The notes under the pieces are model-generated. The model saw nothing but the letters and a program-made list of their open reading frames with translations, searched no databases and had not been told where the DNA came from. Made by a program: the position numbers and the translations under genes. A DNA stretch of 64,000 nucleotides from positions 8,314 through 72,313 of IMG/VR virus record IMGVR_UViG_3300032267_001204; one strand, given 5' to 3'. The stretch comes from a virus. Positions 16,931-25,208 of the stretch are shown here, in pieces (position 1 is the first letter of the stretch; each line of letters begins with the position of its first letter).

Positions 16931-17143
16931 ATGAGCCATGAAACAAGGTTCCTTAACCCTGATCCACAGCCCCAGGCCGATCCGGCCGAGTGGCGTCCGA
17001 GTGCCGAACGCGAGTGGCGTCGCGAAGTCGGCGGCATCGAAGCCGAGTGCAAATGCCCTGATTGCGAACCCCGCAAGGCAAAGGGCGAATTCGGTTTCTA
17101 CCATCCTGCAACAAATGAACGCGGAGGTCGATATGCGGAGTAA
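16931..17143 (+). CDS. Hypothetical protein with CxCxxC
   Basis: MSHETRF...ECKCPDCE. Confidence 0.45.
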   Translation: MSHETRFLNPDPQPQADPAEWRPSAEREWRREVGGIEAECKCPDCEPRKAKGEFGFYHPATNERGGRYAE

Positions 17144-17251
17144 CCACTACAAAACCAAGTGTCTGGAGAAGCTGGTCTTATTGTCCCTGCTCCTCCTCTG
17201 GATGCTGTTCGCTCTGCTGTAATAACCACAACACCAAAAAAGTAGATAAGT

Positions 17252-17596
17252 ATGGCTAACTACAAAACCGAGTTCCCTGATTACGACGACACCCTTCCAG
17301 AGTTGGGAGGATTCACCGACTCGTCGTGGCGCAACGATGCCTGTCCGAGCCTCTCGAAAGAGATCAGCGACGACCTGCATCCCAAGACGATCACGATCTT
17401 TGTCGATTACAAAGACCGCGCATTGTCGGAATGCCCCGAGGTTTTCTTCAACGATCATGGCGACTACTACCGCTTTGTCATCGTCGAGTTCACCCCTTGG
17501 GCCGGAGAGAACGGGCAACGCGTGTTGCTGGCAACTAACGATTGGACAGAGGTCTCTGACTTCGCCGCCGATCTCAACTCAACGAATGTTGAGTAA
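17252..17596 (+). CDS. Hypothetical acidic protein
   Basis: FTDSSWRNDACPS motif; its 3' end runs through palindrome copy 4. Confidence 0.7.
   Translation: MANYKTEFPDYDDTLPELGGFTDSSWRNDACPSLSKEISDDLHPKTITIFVDYKDRALSECPEVFFNDHGDYYRFVIVEFTPWAGENGQRVLLATNDWTEVSDFAADLNSTNVE
17577..17594. promoter_or_regulatory. 18-bp palindrome, copy 4
   Basis: ACTCAAC-GAAT-GTTGAGT. Confidence 0.85.
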
Positions 17597-17615
17597 CCAT
17601 AAATCCTATCACGCG

Positions 17616-17981
17616 ATGAAAACATATCCCAAACAACGACACATCTTCCCGAAACATCCTCACAAGAATCCGGAAGGTCCGATAACGGCATGGGTCTACA
17701 ACGGCCTTCACGATCCGGAGGAGCCCTATGCCAACTACATCATCGAGGAGATCAGGTGGATCGAGCATCTTGACGAGCCAGCCTTCATGCTCGTTCTGGA
17801 GAACTCCTCGTTCATCAAGCCTCGCCTCGAAGACCTTGAGCCGCTGCTGTTCAAGTGGCTCGAAGACGAAGGTGTGCGCCTCGTGCATCTCAACGCCCAA
17901 GACGCGAGCGAAACCCCCCGACAAATGGCGTTCGCACCGCGCAAATGCCCAACCTGCTGCCAACCCATCCCTGAGGAGTGA
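17616..17981 (+). CDS. Hypothetical protein with C-terminal CxxC
   Basis: MKTYPKQ...KCPTCCQP. Confidence 0.6.
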   Translation: MKTYPKQRHIFPKHPHKNPEGPITAWVYNGLHDPEEPYANYIIEEIRWIEHLDEPAFMLVLENSSFIKPRLEDLEPLLFKWLEDEGVRLVHLNAQDASETPRQMAFAPRKCPTCCQPIPEE

Positions 17982-18070
17982 AACTCCGCACTCCCTGCCC
18001 CCACAGGGAGTGTCAGTCTCACTCAACAGATGTTGAGTAGGGAAATAACCAAACAACCAACATGGAGGTA
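17973..18070 (+). repeat. About 100-bp intergenic element containing palindrome copy 5 (18021-18038)
   Basis: Hairpin, then TCAGTCTCACTCAACAGATGTTGAGTAGGGAAATAACC, then the RBS. Repeated at 18624-18725. Confidence 0.9.
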
Positions 18071-18072
18071 AC

Positions 18073-18612
18073 ATGAAAAGAAAAACCCTAACAATAGTCC
18101 CATCCGCCGTTGATCAGGCGATCAAGCCGAAGCCAAGCCGCGCCGAGATCATCGAGGCCGCCGTTCAGTTGCGGCTGGAGGAACTCCAGAAGGAAGCCGA
18201 GGTCGTCGCGAATCACAACCAACGTCTCAGTGACGCTGTCGTTGCGTTGATCCCCGCTGCTGTCGATGGCGTTTGCAAAAACGGAACGCTTGCGAAATCA
18301 CTAAAGGACAACGAGACGATCTACTACTACCGCAATTGGGCTGACGAAGATCATCTCTCCGTTACAATTAAGATCGAAAAAAGCGACCTGACGTTGAAGT
18401 TGCAAGCCGCACTCGCCAACGAGCGCGACAACCGCAAAAACCCTCCGTATCTCAGCGTGGATCAAATCCGCCGAGAGGTGAAGCAAGGGCTGAAACCCTC
18501 GGCTGATCCGGCTGGCCGGGTCAAAGCGTTGCTTGCCGATAGCGACAGCCGCACCGCTTTGCAGAGCCTTCTCAAAGCGGTCTATCCGAAACCCGAAGCG
18601 GTTGAAGTATGA
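18073..18612 (+). CDS. Hypothetical protein
   Basis: GGAGG RBS; flanked by the two 100-bp elements. Confidence 0.75.
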   Translation: MKRKTLTIVPSAVDQAIKPKPSRAEIIEAAVQLRLEELQKEAEVVANHNQRLSDAVVALIPAAVDGVCKNGTLAKSLKDNETIYYYRNWADEDHLSVTIKIEKSDLTLKLQAALANERDNRKNPPYLSVDQIRREVKQGLKPSADPAGRVKALLADSDSRTALQSLLKAVYPKPEAVEV

Positions 18613-18623
18613 GTGGTAAGCGA

Positions 18624-18725
18624 GAGGAGTGAGACTCCGCGCCCCTTCCAACTCTGGGAGGGGCGTCAGTCTCACTCAACAGATGTTGAGTAGGGAAATA
18701 ACCGAAACACCTAACATGGAGATAT
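18624..18725 (+). repeat. About 100-bp intergenic element containing palindrome copy 6 (18674-18691)
   Basis: Direct repeat of 17973-18070 with a different inner stem sequence. Confidence 0.9.
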
Positions 18726-18731
18726 AACACC

Positions 18732-19340
18732 ATGCCTATTGCAAAAGTAAATCTGTCGGCCCTCGGCACCAAGCCGAAGGGAAACACGAAATCGTATCCT
18801 GTGCTTCCGCTCAGCGATGAGCTGAAGGGATTCGTCAGTGATTACCTGAAGAACACGCAGGATATCGAGACGCTGGAAGGTGCGAACAAGCAGCTCCGCG
18901 CTTACCTCGAAGTCGAGGCGCGTCGCTACTACTACCAGCACCACAGCGGCAAGCTCGACGTCGAGTCTTCGCTCGAAGCTCCTTCGAGCAACGGCCAATC
19001 GTTGCTGCTCACCTGCCAGAACCGCTACAAGGCGTTGCCCGACGAGGCACCCATCGTAGCGGCCATCGGCGAGGAGCGCACCGAGCGGCTCTTCTACAAC
19101 TCGGTCGATGTGAAGATCGACGGCGACAAGATTCCGGCGGACAAGATCAATGATCTGTTTGCGGAAGTGGCGGCGGTCTTTGCCAAGTTTGGCGCGACTG
19201 ATGCCTTGTCGCACCGCTCTGTCATCAAGCCCACGCCGGAGTTCCACACCGCCCGGCACACGATCCTCTCGGTCGAGGAGAACCTCGCCGTCGATCAGGC
19301 CACGCCGTTCACGTTGGCATTCAAAACCAAGCGCCGCTGA
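18732..19340 (+). CDS. Hypothetical protein
   Basis: 202 aa with strong codon bias; TGATG coupling to the ligase. Confidence 0.75.
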   Translation: MPIAKVNLSALGTKPKGNTKSYPVLPLSDELKGFVSDYLKNTQDIETLEGANKQLRAYLEVEARRYYYQHHSGKLDVESSLEAPSSNGQSLLLTCQNRYKALPDEAPIVAAIGEERTERLFYNSVDVKIDGDKIPADKINDLFAEVAAVFAKFGATDALSHRSVIKPTPEFHTARHTILSVEENLAVDQATPFTLAFKTKRR

Positions 19341-19957
19341 TGAACCCGCCAACCTTTCCTGCGCGGCCGATGAACGGCGGCCCGTTGGATCGGGCTAAGG
19401 AGAAGCCTGAACCCGAAGCATGGTTCTATGAACCCAAGATCAACGGCTGGCGTGTTCTCATCGACGTGAAGAACAAGAAGATGTGGACGCGTTACAACCG
19501 ACCATCATCGGTCGAGCATAAGTATGCGGCGGTTCTGGAACGAATCGCAGCGCAGTTCTCCGGCGACGAGGTAACGTGGCTCGACGGCGAGATCCTCGGG
19601 CAACGGGCCAGCTCTATCGGGCGCGGCTCGCTCGTCATCTTCGACGTGGCTTGGCCGCGTTGGAAGGATTGGTCTATACTCCACGACCGGCGACGACTGC
19701 TCGACGTTATGTTCGATAACGTCAACGAAGTCTGGGACATCGACAGGCTGCCGAGTCAGGACACGATCTACCGGTTGCCCCGAATCTCCGGCGCCGACGC
19801 GCTGGAATACTACGAGCGGATGCAAATCGCCAACCAACGCTTCGGCCTTGAGTTATACGAAGGCGTTGTGGCGAAGAACATGCACAAAGAATACCCGACA
19901 CAGCTTCGATCCGCTACGGAGGAGACTCCTTGGTGGGTCAAACATCGTTGGGACTAA
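19340..19957 (+). CDS. Minimal ATP-dependent ligase-like nucleotidyltransferase
   Basis: Motif I EPKINGWR, III LDGEI, IIIa IFDV, IV EGVVAK and V WVKHR. Confidence 0.8.
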   Translation: MNPPTFPARPMNGGPLDRAKEKPEPEAWFYEPKINGWRVLIDVKNKKMWTRYNRPSSVEHKYAAVLERIAAQFSGDEVTWLDGEILGQRASSIGRGSLVIFDVAWPRWKDWSILHDRRRLLDVMFDNVNEVWDIDRLPSQDTIYRLPRISGADALEYYERMQIANQRFGLELYEGVVAKNMHKEYPTQLRSATEETPWWVKHRWD

Positions 19958-19976
19958 CCACAAAGGAGGTGAACAA

Positions 19977-20438
19977 ATGAGAAAGATGTCTATCGAATGT
20001 GCGATGGAAATCTGGAAGGCCGGCGGCGGCGTTGCCGCCAGCGAATGGCAGGAGAAGTCCGGCTATTCACGCGGCGGCCCGATCTACAAGCGGCGAGCGA
20101 CTCCCGTTTTCTGTCGGGAGTTGACTCGGGAGGGCCTCGAACTCGAAGCGATCAACCCGCACGAGGACATTGCTTCCTACTATCGGAGCATTCTTGCCTA
20201 CGTCACTGGTCGTTATCCGAAAGCGCGCAAGGTCATCGTGGTCAACGACCCGGTCGGGCTGCGGACCGCGTGTATGGATGCGGAAATCCCAGAGCCAAGG
20301 TTTGACGCCTTGATGGGCCAATGGGATCTCGGCAACACAGTAGCGAGCCAGCGCGTATGGCAGGCCCAGGCCAAGCCGCGCTATGCGTGGCAAGGCCTTG
20401 TGAAAAGGCTTGATCCGGCTCCGGCTCTGGGTTCATAA
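19977..20438 (+). CDS. Hypothetical protein
   Basis: AAAGGAGGT RBS. Confidence 0.65.
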   Translation: MRKMSIECAMEIWKAGGGVAASEWQEKSGYSRGGPIYKRRATPVFCRELTREGLELEAINPHEDIASYYRSILAYVTGRYPKARKVIVVNDPVGLRTACMDAEIPEPRFDALMGQWDLGNTVASQRVWQAQAKPRYAWQGLVKRLDPAPALGS

Positions 20439-20492
20439 CCTGCCAACCGGAATCAGAACCTTCTGATTCTGGGAGGAACACCATCCCTTCTC

Positions 20493-20510
20493 ACTCAACA
20501 AATGTTGAGT
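20493..20510. promoter_or_regulatory. 18-bp palindrome, copy 7
   Basis: ACTCAAC-AAAT-GTTGAGT. Confidence 0.85.
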
Positions 20511-20585
20511 CTGGGAGGGGATGGCATCCTCCCCGCAACATCAGTTGCGACGGAGATCATAACCTAACTACCAAAGGAGGTATAC

Positions 20586-22271
20586 ATGCCCATCAAATAC
20601 TACACCCCCACGCTCGACAAAGCGGTGAAGGATCACCACATCGACTACCGAGTGCGGGGCCGACTGCCAGAAACTTACGACCTGCAATGGGTCGATAAGC
20701 GTCATCCGTGCAAGACCGGCTGCTGGCGTTTCGACCACGCGTCGGGTCGCCACGAGATCCGTTTGTCCCAGATCTGCTACGACACCCTGACCAAGGGCGG
20801 AGCAGCACACGGCAAGCGGGTCGCCGTGCCTGACCTGTATCGCAACGTCTACGAACACGAGGCAGCGCACTCGCTCTACACGACCAAAGACCTCGAAGGT
20901 CTCGGCAAGATTCTTGCCGCCGAGAAAATCCCTTGGCGGCTGATGAACTTGTTCGAGGACTGCCGCATCGAGCGTAATTGGATCCTCCGCGAACGCGCTG
21001 GCAAGTCGTTTCGCTGGACTCGTTGGGAGGAGCATCCGCCCGCCTCCAAGATGAGCGCGAGCAGCTTGCTCTTCCACATGAAGACCGAAGGCTTGACCCG
21101 CAGCGGGTATCGCTTCCCTCGGTCGTTCATCATTGCCCATCGGGCACACCCCAACTGGCGGAAAGTCTACGACTATTACCGCAGCATCGTCGGATGTGGA
21201 GGGACCGAAGACCTCGTGCCGATCCTCAAGGACTGGCTCAAGGACTTCCCCGCTACGGGTGACGACACCATCGAGGGTGAAGGCGGCGATGGAACCGGCG
21301 ACATGGGCGAGGCGATCGGCGAGGCCACGGGGACGCGCCCCGAGGACGTCAAAGCGAAAGACCCCAAAGGCGAAGGCGCATCGCCGGAGACCAAGTCTGG
21401 AGACGGCGAGAGCGAGGGCAAGGGCAAAGGCGGCAAGGCCGGCACTCGTGCCGAGTCCACCACGTCACCGACCCACGGACGCGGCAGCGGCGGCTCCGCT
21501 TCCGAAGTCGTGCCGACCATCGACCACGAGGCTGAGCGTTCGCTCCGGCTGGCGCAACTGCTGGCCCAAGCGTTCCGCAAGAACGGCATCATCGCCAAAG
21601 GGCCAACGGCCCGTCCGTCCAAGCGGCTCAACCTGCGCGGCTTGCTGCGCGGCGACTGGTCTCGTCCGTTCGTCGGCAAGACGATCGGCAACACGAACAA
21701 GCCGCACATCTCGTTCGTCATGGATTGCTCGGGCAGCATGAGTTGCCTGACTCACCTTGATCGTTCGCGCAAGGTTGAGCTTCGCACCGATGACTGTGGT
21801 CGAATCCTTGCTCGTGCGTTGAACGAGCTGGCTCGCCTTGGTCACATCACCGGCATCGTCTACGGCTCATCGGATGGCGGCTGCCATTCGCGCACCGAGC
21901 TGCCCGTCCCAAACCATGTGCTGACGATGGACGCTGGCCTCGAAGCCTTCTCCGGCTCCGAGGGTATCGGCCTCACGTTGGCGCCCGGCTGCAAGCCCGG
22001 CTGCTACCCGAAGAAAGGCTCCGGCTCGTTCTTCGAGGAGATCGCCGCCAAGTCCAAGATTGCCATCGTCTACACGGACGGCTGCATCACGGACGCTCCG
22101 GTCAATCGTATGCCGCTCCGTGCGCGGGGCGTCTACACCATCGGCGCCTACGCCGGACCGGACAAGACCGCCGCACTACGCCACCACTTCGATTACGTCA
22201 TCAGCCGTGACTCGTTGTGGGGCGTAGCCGATGCGCTCGTCCGCACCCTGAAGTCCATCCCGCGCAAGTAA
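20586..22271 (+). CDS. HExxH metallopeptidase-like plus VWA domain protein (CobT-like architecture)
   Basis: HEAAH and NLFEDCRIE; G/E/K-rich linker; MIDAS DCSGS and YTDG. AAAGGAGG RBS. Confidence 0.85.
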   Translation: MPIKYYTPTLDKAVKDHHIDYRVRGRLPETYDLQWVDKRHPCKTGCWRFDHASGRHEIRLSQICYDTLTKGGAAHGKRVAVPDLYRNVYEHEAAHSLYTTKDLEGLGKILAAEKIPWRLMNLFEDCRIERNWILRERAGKSFRWTRWEEHPPASKMSASSLLFHMKTEGLTRSGYRFPRSFIIAHRAHPNWRKVYDYYRSIVGCGGTEDLVPILKDWLKDFPATGDDTIEGEGGDGTGDMGEAIGEATGTRPEDVKAKDPKGEGASPETKSGDGESEGKGKGGKAGTRAESTTSPTHGRGSGGSASEVVPTIDHEAERSLRLAQLLAQAFRKNGIIAKGPTARPSKRLNLRGLLRGDWSRPFVGKTIGNTNKPHISFVMDCSGSMSCLTHLDRSRKVELRTDDCGRILARALNELARLGHITGIVYGSSDGGCHSRTELPVPNHVLTMDAGLEAFSGSEGIGLTLAPGCKPGCYPKKGSGSFFEEIAAKSKIAIVYTDGCITDAPVNRMPLRARGVYTIGAYAGPDKTAALRHHFDYVISRDSLWGVADALVRTLKSIPRK

Positions 22272-22328
22272 CCCTGCCTCGGGAGACACACCTCCCCTTC
22301 CCGCTCTGGGAGGGGGAGTTAGTCTCTC

Positions 22329-22346
22329 ACTCAACCAATGTTGAGT
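22329..22346. promoter_or_regulatory. 18-bp palindrome, copy 8
   Basis: ACTCAAC-CAAT-GTTGAGT. Confidence 0.85.
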
Positions 22347-22422
22347 TCGGGAGTTAAACACAACCCCCTCTGGTATGCGGGGAACCGAATCATTCTGATT
22401 CCGTTGCATACCAAACATTAGC

Positions 22423-23790
22423 ATGTCCGATAAACATACATCCAAATACACGCACGAGCTGATCGACTCTATGTCGTGGAAGATGCTGCGCGCTGCGGCG
22501 AAGGAGGAACTCGAAGCCCAAGGATTCAAAGGCTCGTGGTCGTCCGACTGCCAGACGCCTCGCCTCAAGGCGATGCTCAAGGGAGAGATGACTGTCGCCG
22601 AAGCGGAGGCCGCTGTCCTCGCTGACAAGGCGAAGAAAGCTGGCATCTCGCTCGGCGGCGGCATCGACGCCACTGCGCTCAAGCCGCTCGAAGCCAAGCT
22701 CACCGAGCTGGCGGGTATCATCTCGTCGCTCGACGACGAGGTGACTACGGCCAAGTCCGAAGCGGCCAAGCTCGTCGGCGACTTGCACACGGAAATGTCC
22801 GATCGACTCACCGAGTCGCACGAGGCCTTCACCAAGCTGCAAGATGCCGTCACCTCGGCCCTTGCCAGCGGCGGTTCGGCTGCGGCCAAGGTCATCGCTC
22901 CGATCCTCGGGGTGCCGACGCCTTCCTCGTCTGACCCCGCGGTCATGGCGCTGGAGCTGTTCTGCGCTCCAGGCCGTGCGATCAAGCCGCTGCTCGTCAA
23001 GGGCGGCCAAGGTGCGGGCAAGACCTACGCTGGGCGTCAGCACGGCATGACCGCCGGCTTTGACCGCTGCATCGAGTTCGGCGTCCACTCCCAGACTGAG
23101 GCCGTGGACTTCCTTGGCATGATGATGCCGAGCGGCGAGTGGCTCGACGGCCCCCTGACCGAGGCGTTTCGCGCTGCGGCTCTGGGACAGCTCGTCTTGC
23201 TCATCATCGACGAGATCTATCGCGGCCAGAACGGCGCTCGCACGCCGCTCCTCACGGCCACGTCTCCCGCCCGTCTGCCGAGCGGCGAGAAGGTCTACCG
23301 ACTCCGCACGGGTCGCGCCATCATCGATCCGGTGACTGGCGTCCACACCTCCGAGATCATCGAGGCTCCTTGCCAGAACCTCGCCATCGTTGCCACGACC
23401 AACGTCGGGGCCGAGTTCAACGTCGATCCGGGCTGCCCCGCCGAGCGCGAGCGGTTCATCCCTATTCACGTCGAGGTTGACGAGGTCAAGATCCGCGCTG
23501 TCTGCGGCGCCATCGCCACGGCCAAGGGCTTCAGCCCCTCCGTGGTTGACCGCACACTCGCCTTCTACCGCGAGTGCAACGTCCTCAAGACGGACGGGTT
23601 CATCGAACTCTGCCCGTCCACCCGCATCCTCTCCGAGGCGATCGAATACGCCGACAGCGAGGCCAACGTGAAGTCGATGCTGCGCTCGCTCGGCCTGCAC
23701 ATCTGGGTCGGCACCACCATCGAAGGCAAGCCCGAGGAAGAGCAAGTCAAGCGCGTCACCACCGCACTCGACAAGGCCTTCGGGAAATAA
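22423..23790 (+). CDS. MoxR/CobS-like AAA+ ATPase with N-terminal coiled coil
   Basis: Walker A GGQGAGKT, WLDGPLT, Walker B LIIDEI, ATTN and ERF. Confidence 0.85.
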   Translation: MSDKHTSKYTHELIDSMSWKMLRAAAKEELEAQGFKGSWSSDCQTPRLKAMLKGEMTVAEAEAAVLADKAKKAGISLGGGIDATALKPLEAKLTELAGIISSLDDEVTTAKSEAAKLVGDLHTEMSDRLTESHEAFTKLQDAVTSALASGGSAAAKVIAPILGVPTPSSSDPAVMALELFCAPGRAIKPLLVKGGQGAGKTYAGRQHGMTAGFDRCIEFGVHSQTEAVDFLGMMMPSGEWLDGPLTEAFRAAALGQLVLLIIDEIYRGQNGARTPLLTATSPARLPSGEKVYRLRTGRAIIDPVTGVHTSEIIEAPCQNLAIVATTNVGAEFNVDPGCPAERERFIPIHVEVDEVKIRAVCGAIATAKGFSPSVVDRTLAFYRECNVLKTDGFIELCPSTRILSEAIEYADSEANVKSMLRSLGLHIWVGTTIEGKPEEEQVKRVTTALDKAFGK

Positions 23791-23853
23791 CCTAGACACC
23801 TAACGCGTAACCGCCCTCTCCAATCTGGGAGGGGGCGGCCGCACCAAAACACC

Positions 23854-24294
23854 ATGGTTAATTCAAGTGGATTCATCGAGGGCATTAAATCCCTCTACAA
23901 TCAGGGCGTTCGTAAGATCGTCACCGATTTCAGCGGCGGAGGCGACTCCGGCGATATCAACTACATTGCGTTCTTTAGCGCGGGCGGTTCGGAAAAGCTG
24001 ACCGTCGAAGAGCCACTCGACTGGCGGGATGAGATGCACAAGATCATCACCAACGAGGTTCATTGCGACTGGTATAACAATGAGGGAGGCGGCGGTTCGA
24101 TCGTCATCAACCTCGAAGCCAATCCGCCGACCATCGAGGTCAACTCGTATTGGAACGAGACTGTCTGCCGCGACGAGCCGACTGTGACTGACACGCTGGA
24201 TCCGATGCTCGTGCTGCCGAAGCCGGACGTCCCAGAGCATCCTCACGCGGCTGTCCGCGCTGCCAAGAAGCTGCCGAAACGGGGGGCCAAGTAA
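23854..24294 (+). CDS. DUF6878-like protein
   Basis: FSGGGDSG and DWYNNEGGGG motifs. Confidence 0.7.
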   Translation: MVNSSGFIEGIKSLYNQGVRKIVTDFSGGGDSGDINYIAFFSAGGSEKLTVEEPLDWRDEMHKIITNEVHCDWYNNEGGGGSIVINLEANPPTIEVNSYWNETVCRDEPTVTDTLDPMLVLPKPDVPEHPHAAVRAAKKLPKRGAK

Positions 24295-24701
24295 TGCACC
24301 CGTATCACCACGCGCTCTCCAGCGCCAAGAAGTTCGGAGGCCAGCCCGAAGACTACCTCGCGATCCATCACTGGTTCGACGAGTCGAAGGAACAGTTCGC
24401 CAACTTCCGCCATCGTGCGCTGCGTCATCACGCGCAGGGCATCTACGAGTGTGAGCGCAAGTTCGGCATCACCATGACCAACTCGGACGGGCGCACGTTG
24501 CCTGTCCGTTACATCGGCGAGCAGCACGTCAACGAGGACATCGGGTTCATCCCGTCCCTCCAAGACTGGCTCTCCGCCATCGTCCCAGAGCCGTGGATGC
24601 GAAGTCGCCCCCATGGCGTGGACAAGAACACCGAGGACGAGGCCGTCAATCGACGGACTGTCCGCAAAACCAACACAACCAAGAAGGAGATCAAACTATG
24701 A
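24294..24701 (+). CDS. DUF6915-like His-rich protein
   Basis: HPYHHALSSAKKFGG, IHHWFDESK, RHRALRHH and EQHVNED. Confidence 0.75.
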   Translation: MHPYHHALSSAKKFGGQPEDYLAIHHWFDESKEQFANFRHRALRHHAQGIYECERKFGITMTNSDGRTLPVRYIGEQHVNEDIGFIPSLQDWLSAIVPEPWMRSRPHGVDKNTEDEAVNRRTVRKTNTTKKEIKL

Positions 24702-24955
24702 GATTAGTGAAATTCACCCGAGTTGACTCAAACACCGGCGCCGAGGGCTTGATCTGGATCAACCCAGAGCAGGTCGCTCGCGTCATTCCAAAGGCTTCCG
24801 TCTCCGAGACGCCGAAAGTCGCTTACGCAAACACCCGCATCTCTGTCGCCGGCACGTCGCCGGCAATTGCGTTCTGGGTCAAGGAGACGCCCGACGAAGT
24901 CGTCGCTGCGTTGACTGGCTCACCCGTTGCCGTCCGGTTGGCGGCGAAACTCTAA
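24698..24955 (+). CDS. Hypothetical protein (FlbD-like pattern)
   Basis: IWINPEQV...VKETPDEV; AAGGAG RBS. Confidence 0.6.
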   Translation: MRLVKFTRVDSNTGAEGLIWINPEQVARVIPKASVSETPKVAYANTRISVAGTSPAIAFWVKETPDEVVAALTGSPVAVRLAAKL

Positions 24956-24974
24956 CCAGAAAGGAAAACATATC

Positions 24975-25208
24975 ATGTTACAGATCATACAACGCCCCCT
25001 CCTCACCGGAGGGCTTGAAACCGAATACCTCGAAGTCCCCTCGCCCGAGAAGGTCGCCGCCGAGGTCGAACGCATCGAGTTCGAGCGCAACTCGTGGGCG
25101 CGCAAACGCTACGCAGCGTTCGCCAACTACGATGTGGACACGCTTACGTTCGACGATGAACCCGGCCACATTGTCCCAGACCATGAACCCGTGGAGGAAT
25201 ATCTATGA
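24975..25208 (+). CDS. Hypothetical protein
   Basis: AAGGA RBS; ATGA coupling. Confidence 0.5.
   Translation: MLQIIQRPLLTGGLETEYLEVPSPEKVAAEVERIEFERNSWARKRYAAFANYDVDTLTFDDEPGHIVPDHEPVEEYL

Noticed and set aside
20535-20548. GCAAC-ATCA-GTTGC as a ninth palindrome copy
   Set aside because: Only the inner CAAC/GTTG matches. It may be a degenerate site, so it was not counted.
15601-22346. Palindromes as a CRISPR array
   Set aside because: Spacing is 0.4-1.8 kb and filled with genes, and there is no cas operon.
15601-22346. Palindromes as integron attC sites (the arms fit RYYYAAC and GTTRRRY)
   Set aside because: The arms are only 4 nt apart with no L boxes, whereas attC sites are roughly 55-140 bp. 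The visible integrase fragment gives no evidence of IntI.
22390-23799. 469-aa minus-strand ORF
   Set aside because: Antisense shadow of the AAA ATPase gene caused by GC-rich codon bias; no motifs.
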